This document shows, one piece after another, positions 50,798 to 58,780 of a DNA stretch of 58,780 nt. The notes under the pieces are model-generated. The model was not told where the DNA came from. It searched no databases and saw only the letters and a list, made by a program, of their open reading frames with translations. Made by a program: the position numbers and the translations under genes. Source of the stretch: Gonapodya sp. JEL0774 (lineage: Eukaryota); the NCBI GenBank assembly GCA_027604505.1, contig JADIIX010000014.1:186001-244780 (forward strand), in the 5' to 3' direction. Each line of letters opens with the position of its first letter. Position 1 is the stretch's first letter.

Positions 50798-52095
50798 ATG
50801 GATCTCGGAATCCCCGCGTGTCATGGCAATGTCACGATCATAAGTGATGACGAGGAACGTCTTGCCATGATGGCGGTGGTTGGGTGTGCGATTGCTGCCA
50901 TCGCCACCGTCGTCGCGAAGCAACGACACATTTTTCGAGTGATTCCCCGCCCGATGACCAGCTCCATTCTCCAGGGGGAGTGCCTGACCTATGAGATTTT
51001 AAACGGACACCAGGATCTGGGATTGGACAATCTTCGGATGCCAGTTCGTGTGTTCAGGATGTTGGTGGAGGAAACTCGGACACGTAAGCTGCTCCTGGAC
51101 ACGTGCAAGATAAGCATTGAGCAGCAGCTTGCGATGCTCATGTTTTACCTCGGTCATGGTGTCTCTATGCGTGCTGTTCAGTCGCGCTTCCAGCACTCGC
51201 TCTCAACTGTCACCTGTTACATTCGGGCGGCAATTTCTGCCCTATGCACTCGTGCTAATGATTACATCATTCAACCCAATGAAAATACTCCTATATCAAC
51301 CTGGATTACAGCTAATGGACGTTTCTGGCTGTACTTTGACGGTTGTGTGGGTGCAATTGATGGCACACATTCGAGCGTTCCGCCCAGCTGGGGATGCACA
51401 GGTTGCATATATGAATCGCAAGGGATTCCTCTCGCAGAATGTGTTGGTGGCAGTGGATTTTGATAGACGGTTTACGTATGTGTACGCAGGATATGAGGGA
51501 TCTGCGCAGGATGGGACGGTCCTGGGAGACACCCTGTACAGGGGTGGATTTCAGGAGCCTGAAGGGCGATGGTACCTTGCTGATGCTGGATACAAACACA
51601 ATATGGACTTCAGGACTCCTTACAAGAATGGAGTGCGATACCACCTAAAGGAGTGGGCTGACCATGGGAAGAGGTGGGTGTTTCTGCATGTCAAAAGTTT
51701 TGAAATTACTCCTTCAACCTTTTTTCTGGATTGACACTGGTAGACCTGAAACACCCTACGAAATTTACAACTTGCGGCACTCTTCACTGAGGAATGCCGT
51801 CAAAAGGGCGATTGGGGTCGCCAAGATGAGAACCCCAGCCCTGGCACATGGCACAAAGTTTCTGGACTTCCGTATTCAGGTGCAGGTGGTTGTGGCGTGT
51901 ATTGTGATACACAATTTTATCCACCATCATACATTTGGAGCGGGTGACGATATTGCTGCTGAATTTGCTAACCGAAAACCATACCCAGTTGAAGTAGATG
52001 TTGTCCCAACTTCTGCAAGAAGGCCACCACGTATGGATCCCGCTATTGTGTGGAGGGAACGTACTGCACAGAAGATGGGGATGATTATGTTGTGA
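50798..52095 (+). pseudogene. Harbinger DDE transposase (HARBI1/DDE_Tnp_4-like), frameshifted
   Basis: RFQHSLSTV; GCVGAIDGTH, frameshift at ~51370, then YMNRKGFLSQNV; AGYEGSAQD; WYLADAGY; YNLRHSSLRNAVKRAIG, where the catalytic E is read as K. Confidence 0.9.
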
Positions 52096-52225
52096 TCCAG
52101 CAGGAGTGGGGATATCGCGCACCACCAGTAATTGACACTTAGAGGACATTTTTGATTATATACACATGTTACTAGATTGTAATGCTATTTGATAAGTCAC
52201 ATGACATTCCCGCTATTTTACTTTA

Positions 52226-53338
52226 CTACTTCCGCAGTGCTGCAACCTCCTCCTCATACCACATCCTCCTTGCACTAACAGTCCGAAGCCCCATATAGAC
52301 CATCGCAGTCACTGGGTTTGATGCGAACATGCTCCCCAATCTGGCTCTCTCCACGTCTGAGAATCCGTCTTCCATAGCTGCTGCAAGGGCTGCAATCACC
52401 ATGTTTGACGGAGAGCCCCCATTCCGATCTCTCCCAAAGCCCTGAGAAAGAGCTTCCGCAATCTGTTCCAATCCAGCAATCCTCACAGGCTCCTGTGGGT
52501 CGGGTGTATCCTGTCTCTTGCGTTTGCATGTTGTGGGTGCCACACTCCGGTGAGCACTCACGTCCGAATGCCGACGCAGCAACACTGAGGTTGGTGTTGG
52601 TGTGCGCGATGAATCCTGATGTGTTGCAGTGTCTGTATGTTGAGTTTCAGCAGTGCCGAACACATTTAGTAAAAAACGTTGAGACACATACCTTCAACTT
52701 CCCCGTCCGGTGCATATTCAATTTCTCCCGCGTCAGATTCTTTTGCCCCTATGCCAGGATTGTCCTCGATTGGTGGGAGGTTCACAACACTTGCCGCAAA
52801 CTCCCCGACGGCCCTCGTGTCAGACCATAGCTTGTTTGCCTTGATGAAGAGAGGCCACCCATTCTCGCGGAAAATAGAAGCCAAAGGATGGTGCTAGATA
52901 CCATTTTAACTAAATTGTGAAATCCAGTCGCCAACAAAGAACATTGAGAAAACCTCACCTTTACGAGCTCGTCCCAGGATTCCAGCGCCATCGTGATAAT
53001 CCAGTGCTTCCCTGGTACAGTTCCTGCACCAGAACAATCTCTGGCTTTGCAGAATTTCGTATATATCCACTTGAGCTCGTCGTGCTTCCTTTTAATTTTG
53101 TCCTGTTGTACTCCACCCTGGCACGCCTGTTGAAGTCGACAACGATGCTCGACTACAACTTGGTGAACTTGCCAGCGGATTGTTTTGGCGCCCAGTGATT
53201 CAGCGTCTCCAGGAGCTTCAACTCCCCACTTCGCCCTATTGTTGCCTTCGTCCCCTTGTCTGTCATCGTCGCCCGCTTTGCTTTTCCTTTGTTGATTTTT
53301 GGGGCCTGCGTGCTTGAAGGAGCTGCCTTTGGGGGCAT
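52226..53338 (-). pseudogene. Harbinger second ORF, Myb/SANT-like DNA-binding protein, disrupted
   Basis: LKLLETL..KFTKL* (in-frame TAG at 53153-53155), frameshifts, KIKRKHDELK..SGAG..WDEL..HPLASIFRENGWP, and a helical C-terminus. Confidence 0.75.
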
Positions 53339-53720
53339 TTTTGAGGTGGTTTGTGTTGGAACTCCAAACTTGTCTTTTCTCACACAACACACACTACATG
53401 GGAAGATGGGCAATTTATATGTACTTTGACCTGCTGTGCCACACAGGCCACAGTGATGACTCATCCAAACACTTTCCCAAATCATCCCTGGAGTCCAAAT
53501 CCAACTTATACAAAATATTGTGTCACCAATGGTATTCCACCCATGACTGCACAGTTTGTGGATAGTACGGTGAAAAATCGTTTCAAAAATCGCCCCTGGA
53601 CGTGGTTCTTCAGCTCCACCTGAATAATCGATTATTCGAACACAACCATTTTCAGATTGTGCGGTGCCGAACACCCAAAATAATGCACTTTCACCATTAA
53701 TCGATTATTTGTGCCCCCAA

Positions 53721-53741
53721 AAACCGGTGCCGTACGGGCCC
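53721..53741 (-). repeat. Right TIR of the Harbinger element
   Basis: Reverse complement GGGCCCGTACGGCACCGGTTT, followed by TAA. Confidence 0.9.
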
Positions 53742-55699
53742 TAATATTGATTACATGCTCCACTTGTGCAGAGAGGCACAGACTTCATCAAACTTAACCT
53801 TCTGTTTGCAACAAATGTATCACACCAGCGATAGGATTTTGCTTCATGTTTCCTCTCAGTGCAATTGCTCAGAGCATGGCTAGTATGTTGGAGTATACTG
53901 AGAGGAAGTTTACTCCTTCCTACTTACTTACCTTGTGATGCACAACTTAATAACCGGCTTTTGTACTGTTTGATTGATGCAGAATACATTTAAGAGAATA
54001 TCTTGATACCCAAACTTTCAAGAAAGTCAGATACAAGTAGCATACTTTCTTGCCTTCTTTGTCGACGCCATTGTTCCTCTTGGAATTGCAGCTGAAGGGA
54101 GAAGTTTGTTGCAGCAGGAAGACTGCCTGGCGCATAACAAGGTGGGGAAGAACAACAACTAGGAGGACTGCTTTATTTGTTTAAAGGCGGGGAATGACAT
54201 TGTTCAGATGGTGGGTATAGATTATTCCTGAAGGTGGAGGTGTAGCGGGGCTGACACTGGCGATGGTCGGAAGTGAAGGAAGAGATGTGGGGTGTGATTG
54301 TATATTCGTAGCTATCTGTCTATATATAGGAGAATGCCTCAGGCGCCACCCTCAGACCCTGAGGGTCCTGCTGCAGTGACTCTGTGGGATGTCAATACCA
54401 CGACAGAGGATGTTGTTCATTAGTATAGTTCCAAAGGTAGGTTACCAGCAACATGTTGGTGGAGGAGTAGGTGAGTGAGGTGCTCCATAATAGCAGGCTG
54501 CTCCTTATGTGTCTTGTTAGGGTGTAGGTTTCTCTGAGAAGAGTGGGCTGGCGCTATTACTTGAGTATGTAGTGGGAGAGACAATGGACACAGGACAACA
54601 ATAGAGTGGATATGAGTATGTGGTTCAGTGGGAAATTGTTCAAATGTTGGTAGGAGGCTCTGTAGTGCGTCAAGTGTCTTTGGTACATCTACTAGTGGAA
54701 GGGTAGTGGGTTGTGTAGGTGTTGGTCATAATGGGAGTTGAGTCACAGGCATGTGTGGACATACAGCAATAATATTTCAAGAGCAATGGCTTTGTTAGGG
54801 AGAAATTGGGAGAGAGCTTGAGCTTTCCACTATAGCCAAGTGTGAGAAGTTCCTAGAGTGTGTTGAGTCTTGCAGTGAGCATGAGTCTGAGAATATTCAT
54901 CGTCCGGAGGGGGTGGCCATCAAGAGCTTGAGCTCAAGGAGCTGATTACATTCAATAGGGACAATCTCATTCACATGTGGAAAGCAACGTCTGTGTCTGC
55001 GAGAACAACTTGCTTTCCTTGCTTGTGTTTAAGAAGAGCCATCACATTCCAGGGTGGGAAGCAATGTCTGTGTCTGAAAGAGCAAGGTGTATTTCATAGC
55101 ACGAGTTCAGCACAAGCAATCTCATTTAATGGTAGTGAGCAACATGTATTTATAACAGATCAGTGAGCAGTTATGCCTGATATTTGAAAGCACAAAGCCC
55201 AAATGGGTTCTTGTCAGGTAATACACAAAATGCAGCACAAAGCTGGCAAAAAAGTGCTGCTGCAAATTACTTTTGAATAGCAAATAGCTTTTGTGGCTGT
55301 TCAAGGCTGGAACTGGCGTTAATGTGACAAAACAAACATGAGAAAAGGGAGGATCCACGAGCCTGCTGGAAGCATTAATGAATTTTTGAAAGCAAAAATT
55401 TGCTCCCATCCTTTTCAAATGCTGGATGGTCCATTTACATTCTAAAGTTCACAGATGGATTAAAGGAGAGGGAATAAAGTGACTTGCCTGGCTGTGTGCA
55501 AACAAAGGTTGCAGTGTCCTCATATATAGGAACCTGTAAGGAAGGGAACACATATATATGCTTATTGGATCCATGTTAACACTAGTTAGTTTACACACAG
55601 AATGATAGGTGCCAAGTTTTGGAGGTAAGAAACTTCAGTAGCAATACATTGGCACACCTCTAGTACAATGAGTGTTCTTGTGAGGCTACACTACAGAGC

Positions 55700-58680
55700 A
55701 TGTTGATATCTCTCTACTATCCAGTGAACTCCTCTGATACAGTCATTTCATCGTGTTTAAATCTTAAAAGACTGTCACAAATGATATTGTACTCTGTTCT
55801 TGGAATAGGACATGAATTAATATCCCTTGGCTCCCTTAAAAGTCCACGTGCCAGCAACCTTGCGCTCACACAGCGTTTCGAATTGTTTGATGCTCTGCAA
55901 TAGCTCCATTTGCAGCTAGCACACAATACTGATGGTGTAGCCCTTTTAAAATAGCAATGAAAGTGCCCACCAACACCTTTACAGTAAAGTTTTCCACAGA
56001 AAACACATGGGTTCCGCATTTTTGTTGACCAGCTAGAATGACAGGATCAACAACCTTAGGTGGTGGCTTTGCTGGATTGGTTGTAATGGCCACTTTACTC
56101 CCAACCACTATTGTTGCCACTGGTAAAGTAGGAACCAAGGAGGAGGGTGGTGGGTCAGTTGCTGCAACTGAAATTGAATCCTGAACAAAGGGTGTGATCA
56201 AGATTTATATCCCTGTCAATTGAACTTTGAGAATCACTATTATCTGAATTCAAGATGCTGGGTTCTTTCCCCTGCACTATGAAGGGAGGAGATTGTGCTG
56301 TGGTGCTTCACTCCAAACAATTTTTCTCCAATGCATCAGTGATCCAAATTGTCCACAGTTGATGAGAAATAATCCCTATTATGCTGCACTACATCATTGT
56401 GCAGTGATAACTCTCTCTGTCTTTCTTGGGTGTGCTTGTAACTGGGATAGTATTCTTGCAGATCTTCTGCTCTTTTCCTGAAAATGCTTGGTGCCAAGTT
56501 CATTCATGTAAATAGCTTTTGCAAAATCATTCCAGCAATATTGGCTCTCAGGTAATGAAGCCTCTGTGACTGCGTGTTTGGTGAAGGTGTGCAAATTGGC
56601 CTTAAAAAGTGCCTTTTCTTCCATTGTTGATACAGGAGCAAAAGGAATCTCAGATCCTTGTAGGACAGCTAGATGTGCAGCTTGCTGTGTCATCTTTGGT
56701 TTTGTACTATTAGTATAAACAGCTTCCTGTGAATGGAATGGAGTCTGCACCTCAGCAATTACAAATCTTTCTTTTGTTGTTAGAAAATCTGTGGTTCTTG
56801 GCCACCAAGTATGTAGAGGGTTTTTGTAAAGATATGCAGTACTTGTCTGAATGTAATCATAAGGTTCCATCCAAAATGACCTAGAATTGGAAAATCTTCA
56901 AAGATCTTGTGCCGGAACATTATCTCTAAGATAATAGAAGCAGCTAATCCTTGCCCTATATTCATCCCACTAAAGAACTCTCGAAGGGTCCTGTGCCAAT
57001 TTTCAGCTCCATAAGTTCCCCTAACACATTGGAATAAGTCAAGCCCGTGGCAGTCTCTTCCAATTTTGGTGTAGAGTGGGACATCTTGTGGATCAGAGAA
57101 CATCCATTGTTGGCCACTTAAATTTTCATGAGCATTGCATACAATTGGGGTATCAATAGCTTTCAGTACCTACCTTCCACAGTTGCCTTAGCTTGTTCCC
57201 AGGCTTTATTATTGAAAAGTGGGGTGGATAACTTTGGGTCTACCTTGTGACCAAATTCTGCAAACAACTTTTCCAGCTCAGGAGCAAGCATACTTGCTTT
57301 AGGGATTCTCCTAGGAATACATTCAAAACACCAGTCTGCACCTGACTTTTCTTGCATGAGTGATCTGAGTGTAGTATCATATGTCACCTTCAAAACCTTG
57401 TCAACTGCTTCTGCGTAACTGGGATTGAGCTTAAAATCAGCATCCCGAAATCTCAGTATGAACTCCTGAAACCACACATGGTCATCATTAGGAGCCCTTG
57501 TCATTCTTTGGAAAGCATGGTACATGTCATCTATAATGCGATGGTGTGCTTTGTTTATTGGTGCCTGAATACTTTGTGCATCTGGAGGTGTGTCCACTTG
57601 CATAGTAGGCCTGTGAGGACCTGTGCTTTCACCCTCTAGAATTAACTCTGTAGCTGAATCCTTCACCACTAGCATCCTTTTATTCACTAGCAAAGAGAAT
57701 GGCTGCTGATTGTGAGCCATATGGAAGTCACCAAAAGTCTTCAGATCTGGGGTTGTTGATGGAAAAGGGACTGCAGCATTTGGTGATAGCACAGTCGCCA
57801 CAGAAACAACTGCTCTGGAGCTTGATACTCTCCAGGAGCCCTTATCATCCCAATGCTGGCCTGGATTCCTCCTTGCTGTTTTACCCCCTACTTGTACAAC
57901 CTCTCTAGAAGCAATGTCTGTGTTAACAAGTGCAGAGTTCAAAACAATGTATTCACGGAGACCAGGGAAAAGAATATCCGGCCATTTATCAAGGGTCTCA
58001 TGGATTGAGAGGACTGGCTTTTTTTTGGCAGCTAAGAAAACTCTTAGAGAGCTCTCTGCATCACAGGCAGCATACACAAGGCGGGAGTCAGGTATTTTTC
58101 CTTTTTTCTGGCACCAAATGCTTGAGATTCTGATGTCCTGAGGTTTTAGTAAGTGCAAAACTATGACTGATTCCACAAGCTCTTGAAGTGAAGGGTTTGA
58201 GTGAACAGAAAGTCCCCTCTTGAAACAAGAAGGGCCAATATCCAGTAATGTATTACAGGGTATGTCTACTCCCCAATCATTGAAAAGCTTCTTTGCGTCT
58301 TGTCCAATGTTTCTTCCAACTTTTAGAAGGTCCTTGCATTCTAAAAATCCCTTTAATAAGAGAGGGATAGTACTTCCCATTCTGGCAACGTGAAACAAGT
58401 ATACTTCAGCACTGCCTGGGACTGCAATTTTGCCAATTGTGTGGCTCTGTCCAGAGCCTGGTAGTTCCACAGGCCATTCAACACCCATACCAATTACTGT
58501 TTCAGATTGCATCAAGACTTCAGAATCTGGTACATACTGCATTACAGGTAAAGATGGAATCCCTAAACAGCTCCACATATGTTCCACATCTTCATTGACA
58601 CCAAGTACATGTTCAACATAATATGGAGTTCCAGCCTTCAACTGGTACACAGGGAGATTTTGTTAAGCAGTGTGATATAT
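55700..58680 (-). mobile_element. Decayed, 5'-truncated Dada-like transposase with an inserted WRN/DnaQ-type 3'-5' exonuclease and a C-terminal Cys4 finger
   Basis: Exonuclease motifs GMGVEW, KVGRNIGQDAKKL and YAACDA; then DxxH (IDDMYH), DPQDVPLY..G.D..GL..FQCVRGTYGAENWH and CVFCGKLYCKGVGGHFHC. Frameshifts and stops are present and CpG is nearly absent. Confidence 0.65.
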
Positions 58681-58780
58681 GTATTCGAAACACGCTCGCA
58701 CAAAAAAAGGCTTAATCTAGTTTATTCGACGACCATAGTACCGTCCCCAAGTGTGTGCACCAAGTTACCCACGTTCCCTA

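Larger units (their letters stand above)
50698..53741. mobile_element. Full-length but inactivated PIF/Harbinger DNA transposon (3,044 bp)
   Basis: 21-bp TIRs starting GGGCC (17/21 match), TAA on both flanks (50695-50697, 53742-53744), and convergent transposase and Myb/SANT-like genes. Confidence 0.93.

Noticed and set aside
54201..54600. Possible solo LTR (TG...CA ends, internal TATATA)
   Set aside because: The flanks (GACAT/ATAGA) are not a TSD, and there is no PBS, PPT or second copy in the window.
1..58780. tRNA, rRNA, CRISPR arrays, selenocysteine read-through
   Set aside because: No such signatures seen by eye. The apparent in-frame stops I examined in host genes are explained by introns. 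A covariance-model scan would be needed to exclude ncRNAs.

Overview
Eukaryotic, intron-rich, gene-dense DNA with GT-AG introns and housekeeping proteins of fungal type, most likely an early-diverging chytrid-like fungus (inference). About 20 spliced genes. The left part is mostly housekeeping: RMI1, a histidine-phosphatase-like protein, a coiled-coil protein, PTPS, V-ATPase H, MET6, SDH4 and an Aven-like RGG protein. From 28 to 49 kb, with one outlier at 17.8 kb, lies a concentration of signal-anchored glycan enzymes. These are GT25, a plant IRX10/IRX7-like GT47, GT71, a ~1,500-aa GT32-LamG-LamG-GT2-TPR fusion and five SAM methyltransferases (three Methyltransf_22 paralogs, one FkbM-like, one other class I). 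They are interleaved with NDUFB3 and RPN13. This candidate 'methylated glycan' cluster is the main finding. Three decayed DNA transposons are also present: a MULE-like remnant, a full-length PIF/Harbinger with TIRs and TAA TSD, and a Dada-like transposase carrying a 3'-5' exonuclease. The MULE-like and Dada-like blocks are CpG-poor and the Harbinger carries CpG transitions. Exon boundaries were read by eye and family calls come from motif recognition, not database searches.
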